Origin: Candidatus Magasanikiibacteriota bacterium
GTDB lineage: Bacteria; Patescibacteriota; Patescibacteriia; Magasanikbacterales; UBA10003
Assembly (NCBI GenBank): GCA_035400705.1
Contig: DAOMZV010000001.1
Location: forward strand, 1 to 57,471
DNA length: 57,471 bases
Reading direction: 5' to 3'
Shown here: positions 45,789 through 54,842 of the stretch, in pieces
Layout: every line of letters begins with the position of its first letter
Numbering within the stretch: the stretch's first letter is position 1
Translations under genes and position numbers: made by a program
Notes under the pieces: model-generated
Told to the model about the DNA's origin: nothing
The model's database searches: none
What the model saw: only the letters and a program-made list of their open reading frames with translations

Positions 45789-46691
45789 TTATTTACTAAC
45801 AATTACCTTAGCGGCCTTAATGACTTTTTCACCCATTTTATAACCACTATCTATTTCTTTAATAATTATTCCTGCTTCTACTCCTTCCACCAATTCTTCT
45901 CCTATTGCTTCATGCCAAGCGGGGTTAAATTTTTCGCCCACAGTTTTTATTTCTTCCAGACCTAGTTGTTTTAAAGTTTCACCAAATTGTTTTTGAATAA
46001 ACTCTATTCCTTTAGCCCATTGCTCCACTTTCTTCCTATAATTCTCTAGATTGTCCCCGGCTTCTGGCAGGTGAGCAGCAGCTTTTTTAAAATTGTCAAA
46101 AATATTTGTAAAATCAAAAGCCACTAAACTTTTGGCAAATTGAGCCATTTCGATTTTTTCACGGGCTGCTTCTTTTTTTAGATTATCATAATCAGCTAAG
46201 GCTCTTTTCCATTTCTGTTCATATTCGGAATTATCTTTTTTATTCAGATGTTCTAGATAAAAACCAATGGTTCTAGTTGTAAAAGGATCAATATTTAATT
46301 CTGCCAAAGCTTTATTAGGCTCCATCCACAACCACTCAGTCATCTCATCACTGGCTTTAATCTCGCCACCAGCCAGATGAGCACAAAAATCTAAAAATAA
46401 AAAATGTCTTTTGGTGTGAAAAAATTCCGGATAAACCGCGTCTTGCCAACCAATAAATTCTATTCTATCGATTTCTAAATTGGTTTCTTCTAAGATTTCT
46501 CTTTTTAAAGCATCAATACTGGTTTCTCCCAATTCTATGTGTCCACCAGGGATATGCCACATCTTTCCCCACTTAGGGCTTCTAATTAAAAGAATTTCCT
46601 TCTGATCATTATAAATAATTGGACCGACTGTTGGTTCTGGAAAAATTTGTTCTCTAGAACTTGATTTCATTCCATTAGGTATATCAGACAT
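45789..46691 (-). CDS. grpE: Nudix hydrolase domain fused to nucleotide exchange factor GrpE
   Basis: N-terminal Nudix box GGHIELGETSIDALKREILEETNL. C-terminal GrpE: ...RALADYDNLKKE...GIEFIQKQFGETLKQLGLEEI...GEKFNPAWHEAI...GYKMGEKVIKAAKVIVSK. Confidence 0.8.
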   Translation of the reverse strand: MSDIPNGMKSSSREQIFPEPTVGPIIYNDQKEILLIRSPKWGKMWHIPGGHIELGETSIDALKREILEETNLEIDRIEFIGWQDAVYPEFFHTKRHFLFLDFCAHLAGGEIKASDEMTEWLWMEPNKALAELNIDPFTTRTIGFYLEHLNKKDNSEYEQKWKRALADYDNLKKEAAREKIEMAQFAKSLVAFDFTNIFDNFKKAAAHLPEAGDNLENYRKKVEQWAKGIEFIQKQFGETLKQLGLEEIKTVGEKFNPAWHEAIGEELVEGVEAGIIIKEIDSGYKMGEKVIKAAKVIVSK

Positions 46692-46695
46692 AATT

Positions 46696-47370
46696 TTAAC
46701 TTAAAATTTTATTAAGACTATTTATCAAACTTAAATTTTTTTGATAATCCATTCGCAATGGACCCAAAATACCCAAAATTCCTTTCTCATAACCTGGCAG
46801 AGTTGTGCCCACAAAACTACAGTTACGTCCGAAAGGATTATTAGAGCCCAACAAGATTTTTTGATTTTGATTAATTTTACCTATTACCTCAGGCATAACC
46901 TCTTCACAATGATCCAAAATCTGCGATAAGTCGGTTACCATTGATTGCAAACTAAATTCCGGCTTACTAAATAAACAACTAAGACCGGTATAATAAAGTT
47001 GATTTTCATTAAAAGCTACTACTACCGCCTCGTTAGCCAGTTCTACTATCGCCTTAGCTAAAATTTTAATTTTTTCGTCAGCAGAAAAACTATTAGCCGT
47101 CTGAGTTAGTTTCTTTTCCAAAGAAAGATCACTTTTGTCTAAAATAAATTTTTGAATATAAAAAATGTAACCTTTTTCTGTAGGAATTCTACCGGCAGAA
47201 ATGTGAGGCTGAAAAATTAAATGAGCTTCTTCTAATTCCATCATTTCATTTCTCACAGTAGCTGAAGAAATTTTTAAACTGGTAGATAATTTTAAAGAAC
47301 CGACCGGTTCGGCGGTTTTTAAATATTCTTCAACAATGAGTTTAAATAATTTTTCTTGACGTTGTAGCAT
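46696..47370 (-). CDS. hrcA: heat-inducible transcription repressor HrcA (short form)
   Basis: LFKLIVEEYLKTAEPVGSLKLS...SSATVRNEMMELEE..L...PHISAGRIPTEKGY. ATG at 47370 is chosen because the track's longer start would place the CIRCE operator inside the CDS. Confidence 0.85.
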   Translation of the reverse strand: MLQRQEKLFKLIVEEYLKTAEPVGSLKLSTSLKISSATVRNEMMELEEAHLIFQPHISAGRIPTEKGYIFYIQKFILDKSDLSLEKKLTQTANSFSADEKIKILAKAIVELANEAVVVAFNENQLYYTGLSCLFSKPEFSLQSMVTDLSQILDHCEEVMPEVIGKINQNQKILLGSNNPFGRNCSFVGTTLPGYEKGILGILGPLRMDYQKNLSLINSLNKILS

Positions 47371-47378
47371 AGTCTTAT

Positions 47379-47405
47379 TTAGCACTCTAGCCAATTGAGT
47401 GCTAA
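47379..47405 (-). promoter_or_regulatory. CIRCE operator (HrcA binding site), perfect consensus
   Basis: TTAGCACTC-N9-GAGTGCTAA, read directly at 47379-47405, 8 nt upstream of the hrcA ATG. Confidence 0.95.
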
Positions 47406-47409
47406 ACAT

Positions 47410-47438
47410 ATTATATCCACAACTAATTAAGCTGTCAA
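47410..47438 (-). promoter_or_regulatory. consensus sigma70 promoter of the hrcA-grpE-hsp20-dnaKJ operon
   Basis: Minus strand TTGACA (47433-47438), 17-nt spacer, TATAAT (47410-47415), immediately upstream of CIRCE. Confidence 0.8.
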
Positions 47439-47477
47439 GAGCCTTAAAACCGCCTTATTTAAGGACGTTTTTCAAAT

Positions 47478-48014
47478 TTATTTTTTAGGCAAAGAATAAA
47501 CACAGCCACAATAATTTTGCCGATAAATTCCCCTGTCCTCAATCATCTGCCTTGCTTTTTCTTGTCGCCCATTTTTCTTCCAATCTTCGGCATAAAATTT
47601 TACATTAAATTTTTTTGCCGCATTTTCTGCAATTGGGAAAATTACTACTGCACTTTTGTTTCTCCCGCTAGTCAAAGTAGTAGAAAAATTTTTAAACCCG
47701 TACTGCCTAGCATATTCAGCTGCCACGTTGATGCGTAGCGCAAAACATTTTTGACATCGCGCCCCACCTTCTGACTCACCATCCAATCCTGCAACTTCCT
47801 TGTTCCATTTCTCTTGCTCATAGTCCCAATCAATCATCGCCACACCCCATTCCTGACAAACTTTTATCACTTCGCTTTTTCTTTTTAAATATTCCTCTTT
47901 AGGAAAAATGTTGGGGTTATAAAAAAAGACAGAAACTTCAAACTTGGGTCGTAATTCATCAATCACAGCAATACTGCAAGGAGCGCAACAGGTATGTAAT
48001 AAAATTTTTTTCAT
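47478..48014 (-). CDS. queH: epoxyqueuosine reductase QueH (DUF208 family)
   Basis: MKKILLHTCCAPCS..., ...YNPNI.P..EY..R, and a C-terminal Y.Q.YCGC motif. Confidence 0.75.
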   Translation of the reverse strand: MKKILLHTCCAPCSIAVIDELRPKFEVSVFFYNPNIFPKEEYLKRKSEVIKVCQEWGVAMIDWDYEQEKWNKEVAGLDGESEGGARCQKCFALRINVAAEYARQYGFKNFSTTLTSGRNKSAVVIFPIAENAAKKFNVKFYAEDWKKNGRQEKARQMIEDRGIYRQNYCGCVYSLPKK

Positions 48015-48018
48015 CTTA

Positions 48019-49287
48019 TTAATTTAAATATTTTTTATCTTTTAATTCCTTTGGCAAATAATCTTGTTTAGCTTCGCCGCCCTCAAAATCTGGTGTATAT
48101 TTATAACCCTTACCATAACCGATATTTTTCATAAACTTTGTTGGGGCATTGCGCAAATGCAAAGGCACACCTAAATGAGAAGTGCTGCGGGCGTCTTCCG
48201 CTGCTTTACCATAAGCCACATACAAAGCATTGGATTTTTTAGCTAGTGAACAATAAACCACAGCCTCAGCTAAATGAACATTGCATTCGGGTAAACCAAT
48301 CTTATGACAAGCATCGTAAGCAGCATTAGCCACCAACAGTGCACGTGAGTCTGCTATACCAATATCTTCGGCAGCAAAACGCAAAACTCGCCGCGCCACA
48401 TACAAAGGATCGGCTCCAGCCTCAAGCATTCTCGCCAACCAGTACAACGCGGCGTTGGAATCACTTCCCCGCATAGATTTATGCAAAGCAGAAATTAGAT
48501 TATAAAATTCCTCCCCTCTCTTGTCAAAAATCAAATGGGTCTTTTGTAAAACTTCTTTAATATCTTTTTCCTCTATTTTGATTTTTTTAATTCCCTCTTT
48601 TGTCTTACTTTTTACAGCCATATCTAAAATATTCAAAGCCATTCGAGCATCACCAGCTGAGGCTTCAGACAAAAGAGTTAAAAGTCTATCACTAATTTGC
48701 AAAGATAAGCTACCTAAACCCCTGGTTTTGTTTTTAAGGGCTCTTTGCAAAATATTTTTAATTGATTCAGTATTTAATTTTTTCAAAACAAAAACTCGAG
48801 AGCGCGATAATAGAGCCCCAACTACCTCAAAAGAAGGATTTTCCGTAGTAGCACCAATTAACGTAACAATGCCTCTCTCCACAAAAGGCAATAAAGCGTC
48901 CTGCTGTGCCTTGTTCCAACGATGAATTTCGTCAATAAATAAAATAGTTCTTTGATTGTGCATTTTTCTTCTCTCTTCCGCTTCTTTAACTATTTCTCGC
49001 AAATCAGCTAAACCGCTAGAGACAGCGGACAGAGCAACAAAAGTAGAATGAGTTTTTTCAGCAATTAAATGTGCTAAAGTGGTTTTTCCTACTCCGGGCG
49101 GACCCCAAAAAATCATAGAAGGTAAAGCGTCTTGTTCTATCAATTTTCGCAAAATTTTCCCTTCTCCCACCACTTCCTCCTGACCAAAAAAATCCTCAAA
49201 ATCTTTGGGGCGCATTCTATCAGCTAAAGGTGCTTCTACAATTAGATTATCTACCATCTTTTTTTCAAAAAGATCTTGTTTAATCAT
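48019..49287 (-). CDS. rarA: replication-associated recombination protein A (RarA/MgsA AAA+ ATPase)
   Basis: LADRMRPK.FEDF.GQE, FWGPPGVGKTTLA, LFIDEIHRWNKAQQDALLP..E.G...LIGATTENP, MARMLEAG.DPLY..RR. Confidence 0.9.
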   Translation of the reverse strand: MIKQDLFEKKMVDNLIVEAPLADRMRPKDFEDFFGQEEVVGEGKILRKLIEQDALPSMIFWGPPGVGKTTLAHLIAEKTHSTFVALSAVSSGLADLREIVKEAEERRKMHNQRTILFIDEIHRWNKAQQDALLPFVERGIVTLIGATTENPSFEVVGALLSRSRVFVLKKLNTESIKNILQRALKNKTRGLGSLSLQISDRLLTLLSEASAGDARMALNILDMAVKSKTKEGIKKIKIEEKDIKEVLQKTHLIFDKRGEEFYNLISALHKSMRGSDSNAALYWLARMLEAGADPLYVARRVLRFAAEDIGIADSRALLVANAAYDACHKIGLPECNVHLAEAVVYCSLAKKSNALYVAYGKAAEDARSTSHLGVPLHLRNAPTKFMKNIGYGKGYKYTPDFEGGEAKQDYLPKELKDKKYLN

Positions 49288-49338
49288 AGTTGAATATAAA
49301 AATCATAGCAATTTTAGATAAAATAATCAACCGGAAAC

Positions 49339-49367
49339 TTGACTAAATTTTTTTATTGTGTTAGATT
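49339..49367 (+). promoter_or_regulatory. sigma70-type promoter of the 104-aa orphan gene
   Basis: TTGACT (49339-49344), 17-nt spacer, TAGATT (49362-49367). Confidence 0.55.
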
Positions 49368-49404
49368 AATTTGTTGATCTTTTCACTCCAACTTGGGATA
49401 AAAA

Positions 49405-49719
49405 ATGTCCGAGGAAAAATTTTGGATCGTATTTGAGTATACCGCCGCAGCTGGCGGTTATTGTGGAGTTAGAACATCCACTTGTTTTTCAAATAAAGCC
49501 CATTTTGAACAGTGGCTTAAAGAGAGTTCACAAATATTGGAAAGAGAGAAAATAATTGCTCAAGGAGTAACCCTTGAGCAGGCAGTTTCTTTGACTAAAG
49601 AAACCCCTCTGAAATGCCGTATAACAGCGGCATTGCAAGAGGCTACTACTAAAGATGGAATCGATGAGAACGTATTAGTTCTCGAGATTCAGAATATAAT
49701 CGCAATAATTTGTTCCTGA
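49405..49719 (+). CDS. hypothetical protein (orphan, own promoter and terminator)
   Basis: 104-aa ORF with no recognisable motif. Confidence 0.5.
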   Translation: MSEEKFWIVFEYTAAAGGYCGVRTSTCFSNKAHFEQWLKESSQILEREKIIAQGVTLEQAVSLTKETPLKCRITAALQEATTKDGIDENVLVLEIQNIIAIICS

Positions 49720-49726
49720 TACAACC

Positions 49727-49761
49727 ACCGCCTTAGGTTAAAAGCCAAAAGGCGGTTTTTT
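49727..49761 (+). terminator. intrinsic terminator
   Basis: 8-bp stem accgcctt/aaggcggt followed by T5. Confidence 0.8.
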
Positions 49762-49818
49762 ATTTAAAAAATTTTCTTTAAAAAATATATTTTATCCAAA
49801 CTCTGTCTTGAAACAAAA

Positions 49819-49847
49819 TTGACAATTCTAATTAGTTTTGATAAAAC
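49819..49847 (+). promoter_or_regulatory. sigma70-type promoter of the 126-aa orphan gene
   Basis: TTGACA (49819-49824), 17-nt spacer, TAAAAC (49842-49847). Confidence 0.55.
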
Positions 49848-49884
49848 ACAATAGTAGTTCTTTTCTGTTTTTTTGGAGAAAAAA

Positions 49885-50265
49885 ATGAATCCAACATCGT
49901 TTGTCGAACACAAAAACTTGTGCCTGACTTTTAAAATTGAAGGTCACCAATTTGAAGCAGTCGGTTTTCTCTCCATAGTTGGCGAGGAACTAACTGATGA
50001 ACAAATACTTCAACGCGTTGCTGAAAAAAATGGTGGCGCGATTGGTGTTGACGACACCAATTTTATCAATGAACATCTTAATGATCTCCCGAGAGAATTA
50101 AGAAAATATTATCTGGTAACCGGCTGTCCTGACCCGGAAAAACCCAAATATTTAATTCATTTTTATTTTGCTGTCAATAAATGGCGGCGCTACAGAAGCT
50201 GGGCTAGTCTAAAACGCGGCTCCAACCATCTGGTCTTGCGCCGAGTCACAAACAACCAGAACTAA
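49885..50265 (+). CDS. hypothetical protein (orphan, own promoter and terminator)
   Basis: 126 aa. ATG at 49885 is preceded by GGAG 6 nt upstream, and the track's TTG at 49873 overlaps that SD. No recognisable motif. Confidence 0.5.
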   Translation: MNPTSFVEHKNLCLTFKIEGHQFEAVGFLSIVGEELTDEQILQRVAEKNGGAIGVDDTNFINEHLNDLPRELRKYYLVTGCPDPEKPKYLIHFYFAVNKWRRYRSWASLKRGSNHLVLRRVTNNQN

Positions 50266-50272
50266 AACATCC

Positions 50273-50304
50273 CCGCCCGCGATAACTTCAAGGGCGGATT
50301 TTTT
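50273..50304 (+). terminator. intrinsic terminator
   Basis: ccgccc-N13-gggcgg followed by atttttt. Confidence 0.75.
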
Positions 50305-50423
50305 ATTTTAACTTTAGTCTTTTAACAAGAGTATTTAAAATATAAATAAACCAACCTAAAATAAAAAAGTTGGTGCGGAAAATACCAACTTTTTATCTAT
50401 TTAAAAAAATCAATTATAAAATT

Positions 50424-50501
50424 TGGTAGCCCCAACCGGATTCGAACCGGTGTTTCTTCCGTGAGAGGGAAGCGTCCTAGACCGGACTAGACGATGAGGC
50501 C
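50424..50501 (-). tRNA. tRNA-Glu (anticodon CUC), CCA encoded
   Basis: Minus strand GGCCTCATCGTCTAGTCCGGTCTAGGACGCTTCCCTCTCACGGAAGAAACACCGGTTCGAATCCGGTTGGGGCTACCA. Anticodon stem CTTCC/GGAAG, loop CTCTCAC, T arm ACCGG-TTCGAAT-CCGGT. The acceptor stem has two G-U pairs. It starts 4 nt after the murF stop. Confidence 0.8.
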
Positions 50502-50505
50502 TTAA

Positions 50506-51798
50506 CTATTTATTCTGCCAAGTTTTGTCTTGACGACAAACTAACTTCTCCGCCTGTAACGGCTCTGCCATTAATTCCACCACGATCTTGTCCATCCTAA
50601 CACCTTGTGAGCCCTTAATCAAGACTGTATCTCCAATAATTAATTTTTCTTGTAAAAATAAACCTGCGTCTTCGCTTTTAGAAAATTTAACTATTTGATT
50701 ATTTTCATAACCACACTCCTCTGCTCTCTCGGCAATAATTTTTGCTCGCTCACCAACTGTCACTAAAAAATCTATACCAGCTTCTTTTAAAAGTTCGCCA
50801 ATTTTTTTATGAGCTTCTTCAGTATAACTGCCCAACTCCAACATATCGCCCAAAACCGCAATCTTTCGACTTCCTGGTTCAACTTGTACATCTTTAAAAA
50901 CCTCCAAAGCCAATTCCATTGCCCGTGGAGAAGCATTATAACTATCATCAATCAAGGTTGTGTATTTAATTCCTGATAAAATACTCATGCGACTAAGTGG
51001 ATAGACAATTCTTTTAAGAGCTTCTAAAATATCCACTAAATTCATTCCCAAGACTAAACCCACAGCCGCCCCCGCCAAAGCCGCGTAAACAGCTGGTTGG
51101 CCGATAATTCCATTTAAAACCACCGGCACCACCGAACCATGATAAGTTAACTTAAAAGATTCTCCTTTAAGAGCTAACAAGCCATTTTCTAATTCTTGAA
51201 TGATTTTTAAATCACTAGCCTGTAAATCCGCTCCATCGTTAAAACCAAAAGAAATAATTTGCCCTTTAGTTTTTTCCTGGACTTCTTTTACTAATTCATC
51301 ATCATAATTAATAACAGCAAAACCAGAAGCAGATAGGTGTTTAATAATTATTTGTTTTTCTTCAGCTACTTTTTTGAGTGTTTTAAATTTTTCCAAATGA
51401 GTTGGGCCAATGGCGGTTAATACACCCACTTGGCAAGGAGCTAGTTGAGTTAAATATCTAATATCACCAGGTTTATCCGCTCCCATTTCTAAAACTAAAA
51501 TTTCTGGATAAGTGGAATCTTTTTTTAATACTAAACCTAAAGCAGTTAAAAAAACCTTAGTCCACAGAAAAATATTTTTCCCCGCCGACTCTTTACCAAT
51601 GATAGTTAAAGGAACACCCAACTCATTATTATAATTTTTTATTGAACCACGCACCCTAAATTTATTTTGTAACACAGCCAAAATCGCGGCCTTAGTGGAT
51701 GTTTTACCAACTGAACCAGTAATCCCAATGATTTTAGGTTGATATTTTTTTAAAATTAAACGAGAAAAAAAATTTAAAAGATATTGCAAGATCAGCAT
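50506..51798 (-). CDS. murF: UDP-MurNAc-tripeptide--D-alanyl-D-alanine ligase with a truncated N-terminal domain
   Basis: IGITGSVGKTSTK at residue about 24, VLEMGADKPGDIRYL, GPTHLEKF, DDSYNASP. Confidence 0.8.
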   Translation of the reverse strand: MLILQYLLNFFSRLILKKYQPKIIGITGSVGKTSTKAAILAVLQNKFRVRGSIKNYNNELGVPLTIIGKESAGKNIFLWTKVFLTALGLVLKKDSTYPEILVLEMGADKPGDIRYLTQLAPCQVGVLTAIGPTHLEKFKTLKKVAEEKQIIIKHLSASGFAVINYDDELVKEVQEKTKGQIISFGFNDGADLQASDLKIIQELENGLLALKGESFKLTYHGSVVPVVLNGIIGQPAVYAALAGAAVGLVLGMNLVDILEALKRIVYPLSRMSILSGIKYTTLIDDSYNASPRAMELALEVFKDVQVEPGSRKIAVLGDMLELGSYTEEAHKKIGELLKEAGIDFLVTVGERAKIIAERAEECGYENNQIVKFSKSEDAGLFLQEKLIIGDTVLIKGSQGVRMDKIVVELMAEPLQAEKLVCRQDKTWQNK

Positions 51799-51808
51799 AA
51801 AAATAATT

Positions 51809-53587
51809 TTAGTTAAACGGCGGAATTTCTAAATATTGTACCAAGAATTTGGCTATTTCACCAAATGTGGGAACGGCCGAAGATTCAGCATAATCTACTT
51901 TTGGCTCAACATATTTAACTAGCATAACAAACTGTGGATCATCAACTGGACCAAAACCAATAAATGTTTGATTGGTCGCATCAGTGGCATATTTTCCATC
52001 TGGAGAAGGAATTTGTGCTGTACCGGTTTTACCAGCAATATGGTAACCTTTGACACCCGCTGCCTTACCATGTCCTTCTTCTATTACCACCACCATCATA
52101 GCGCTTAAAATTCTCGCGGTCCGTTCAGAAATAACCTGCTTAACCAATCTAGGTTTAGTTTTTTCCTCATGACCATCAGAATATTTAATTTTTGAAATAA
52201 CATAAGGTTTGAAGAGTAAACCTTTATTGGCAACAGCCGCATAAGAACTTATTAATTGAATGGGTGTAGCAGTCAAACCTTGACCAAAAGAAGCGGTGGC
52301 TAAGTAAATAGGTTTTTTATTATTTAAAGAATTGATATTACCCGGCACTTCTTCATCTAGCTCTAGTCCGGTTAAAACACCGAAACCAAAATCTTGAACA
52401 TATCCTTTAAATTTTTCTAAACCCAATTTTTCGGCCGCAAAAACCGCTCCAGTATTAATAGAATCTCTTAAAACTCCGGTCATATTTTGCAATCCGTATG
52501 ATTTATTACCAGCATTTCTAATAACATCCGGTCCAATTCTTAACATACCTGTATCCACAAAAGTCGTGTCTGGTGTCACCTTACCAGCATCCAAGGCTCC
52601 AGCCATAGTAATTACCTTGAAAACTGATCCTGGTTCGTATGGAGTAAAAATTGCATCATTATTAAATAAACTTAAATCAGTTACCGTACCATAATTATTA
52701 GGATCAAAATTTGGTTCATTACACAGAGCTAGAACCGCACCATCTTTAGGATTCATAATAATAATAGTACCTCCCTTAGCCTGTAATTTAACCACGCCCT
52801 TTTTAAGGGCTTCACAAGCAACGTATTCCAAAGTACGATCAATAGTTAAAACCACATCCGCTCCGTCAATAGCTGATTTTTTGTTTCGGGGCAGTAGAGT
52901 AATCCAACCACCGCCCGCACTTTTTTCTGTTGATAAATAACCAGAGGTCCCAGACAATAACTCATTAAAATATCCTTCTAAACCATAATAACCTTGGGGT
53001 AAATCTTTTTTATTATAACCAAGATAACCTAAAGTTTGAGAAGCTAAATTTTTCTCTGGATAAAAACGGGATGGTTCGTTGTCAAAATAAACACCACCTA
53101 GATTTTCTAATTTTAACTCGTCAACAATATCGCCAGAAACTCTTTTTTTAATAACTTCATAACGACTACGTTCTTTAGTTATTTTAGTTAAAACATCCTG
53201 TTCATTAAGTTCTAACTTTTGCGCTAAAATTTGGGCTAAATTTTTAGTATCTTGCTTTGAATCTTTGACTATCTTGGGATCAACAAAAACAATATAAATA
53301 TCTTTATTTAAGGCCGCGGGAGTAGTTTCTTCTGGACTTTTTAAATTTTGAAAATAAATTTGACCGCGTTTAGGCAACAAATCTAAAAAAACATTATGAC
53401 GATTTTCTGCCGCCTTGGCGTACATTTCGTGATCAATTACCTGCAAAAAAAATAATTTTACCACAATCAATAACAAAAACAAGAAAGCCGTATTACGCAA
53501 AAAACTTAACCGGAAATTCTTATTTTCAGTTTCTTGTTTTTTTTGAGAATTTAATTTAACCATGTTAAACAAACTTGTTTTTACCAC
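51809..53587 (-). CDS. ftsI: penicillin-binding protein 2/FtsI-type transpeptidase
   Basis: N-terminal TM helix and transpeptidase motifs SVFK (GSVFKV), SIN (RDSINTG) and KTGTA. The alternative ATG at 53563 lies 1 nt after the pilT stop. Confidence 0.85.
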   Translation of the reverse strand: MVKTSLFNMVKLNSQKKQETENKNFRLSFLRNTAFLFLLLIVVKLFFLQVIDHEMYAKAAENRHNVFLDLLPKRGQIYFQNLKSPEETTPAALNKDIYIVFVDPKIVKDSKQDTKNLAQILAQKLELNEQDVLTKITKERSRYEVIKKRVSGDIVDELKLENLGGVYFDNEPSRFYPEKNLASQTLGYLGYNKKDLPQGYYGLEGYFNELLSGTSGYLSTEKSAGGGWITLLPRNKKSAIDGADVVLTIDRTLEYVACEALKKGVVKLQAKGGTIIIMNPKDGAVLALCNEPNFDPNNYGTVTDLSLFNNDAIFTPYEPGSVFKVITMAGALDAGKVTPDTTFVDTGMLRIGPDVIRNAGNKSYGLQNMTGVLRDSINTGAVFAAEKLGLEKFKGYVQDFGFGVLTGLELDEEVPGNINSLNNKKPIYLATASFGQGLTATPIQLISSYAAVANKGLLFKPYVISKIKYSDGHEEKTKPRLVKQVISERTARILSAMMVVVIEEGHGKAAGVKGYHIAGKTGTAQIPSPDGKYATDATNQTFIGFGPVDDPQFVMLVKYVEPKVDYAESSAVPTFGEIAKFLVQYLEIPPFN

Positions 53588-54611
53588 TATTTTCCCCTAT
53601 TCTTTTTTCTGCGACTTCTTCATCTATTATTCCTTTCTTAACTAATTCTAATAAATTATTGCGTAAAGTAACCATACCTTCTTTCGCGCTGATTTGCATA
53701 GTGGAAGGAATTTGAGCAATTTTATTTTCTCTAATTAAATTGGCCACAGCCGAACTATTAATCAAAATTTCTCTGGCTGCTACTAATTTTCCTTTTTTAC
53801 TCGGTATTAATTGTTGAGACACCACTGCTCTTAAAACTGAAGAAAGTTGAACTAAAACTTGTTTTTGTTTAAACCCCTCAAAAACATCGATGATGCGTTC
53901 GATGGATTCGGCCGCACTAGGTGTATGTAAGGTAGAAAAGACCAAATGACCAGTTTCAGCAGCAGTTAAAGTTGCCGCGATAGTTTCCGGGTCGCGCATT
54001 TCTCCAACGAAAATAACATTAGGGTCTTGGCGTAAAACTCTTTTTAAAGCTTCTTGAAAAGATTTAGTGTCTATCCCCACTTCACGCTGTTCGACCAAAC
54101 TTTTTTTATCCTCAAAAATAAATTCTATAGGATCTTCAATCGTAACAATATGAGCCTTGCGTTCTTTATTGATCATTTCCAACATCGCCGCTACAGTAGT
54201 AGATTTTCCGCTACCAGTGGGACCGGTTACCAAAACTAATCCATCATAGAGTTTGGATAATTGGTACATAATTGGAGAAAAATCTAACTCTTCCGGTGTG
54301 GGAATAGATTGTGGGATTAATCTGGCGGCTAAGCCAATTTTTCCTTCTTGTTGATGGATATTAATTCTAAAACGATAGCCGGCTATTTCTTCACTAAAAT
54401 CTAGTTCCATTTCTTCTGCAAATTTATCCTTTTGATCTTTGGAAAGTATTTCTAGAATTGCCGTTTTTAATTCTGCTAAAGGTAATTTTTTGTCTTCGAT
54501 CTCCTCCAAATTTCCATGAACCCTAATTAACGGCAACTCTTCTCCCACCAGATGTAAATCCGAAGCTTTTTTCTCAATAGCATACTCAAAATACGATTTT
54601 AACTGTTTCAT
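53565..54611 (-). CDS. pilT: type IV pilus retraction ATPase PilT
   Basis: ASDLHL, Walker A GPTGSGKSTT, IVTIEDPIEF, ALRQDPNVIFVGEMRD-like motif, GHLVFSTLHT. Confidence 0.85.
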   Translation of the reverse strand: MKQLKSYFEYAIEKKASDLHLVGEELPLIRVHGNLEEIEDKKLPLAELKTAILEILSKDQKDKFAEEMELDFSEEIAGYRFRINIHQQEGKIGLAARLIPQSIPTPEELDFSPIMYQLSKLYDGLVLVTGPTGSGKSTTVAAMLEMINKERKAHIVTIEDPIEFIFEDKKSLVEQREVGIDTKSFQEALKRVLRQDPNVIFVGEMRDPETIAATLTAAETGHLVFSTLHTPSAAESIERIIDVFEGFKQKQVLVQLSSVLRAVVSQQLIPSKKGKLVAAREILINSSAVANLIRENKIAQIPSTMQISAKEGMVTLRNNLLELVKKGIIDEEVAEKRIGENSGKNKFV

Positions 54612-54701
54612 ATCTTCTAAAATTGAATTTAAAAAAAATATTTCCTCTTAATTTTATCACATCTTGATTTTTGGAGCAATTTACTCTATACTTGCTTTAT
54701 T

Positions 54702-54778
54702 CGGGCTATAGCGCAGCTGGCTAGCGCGCATCGTTCGGGACGATGAGGTCGTGGGTTCGAATCCCACTAGCCCGACCA
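54702..54778 (+). tRNA. tRNA-Pro (anticodon CGG), CCA encoded
   Basis: CGGGCTATAGCGCAGCTGGCTAGCGCGCATCGTTCGGGACGATGAGGTCGTGGGTTCGAATCCCACTAGCCCGACCA. Acceptor CGGGCTA/TAGCCCG, anticodon stem CATCG/CGATG, loop TTCGGGA. Confidence 0.9.
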
Positions 54779-54799
54779 AAATAAAATTAAGAAACAAAA

Positions 54800-54830
54800 A
54801 ACCAGCCATTTAAAATAAGGCCGGTTTTTA
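54800..54830. terminator. hairpin terminator between tRNA-Pro (+) and the 176-aa gene (-)
   Basis: aaccagcc-N11-ggccggtt (one mismatch) flanked by A- and T-tracts. Confidence 0.6.
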
Positions 54831-54842
54831 ATTTATTTTTAA

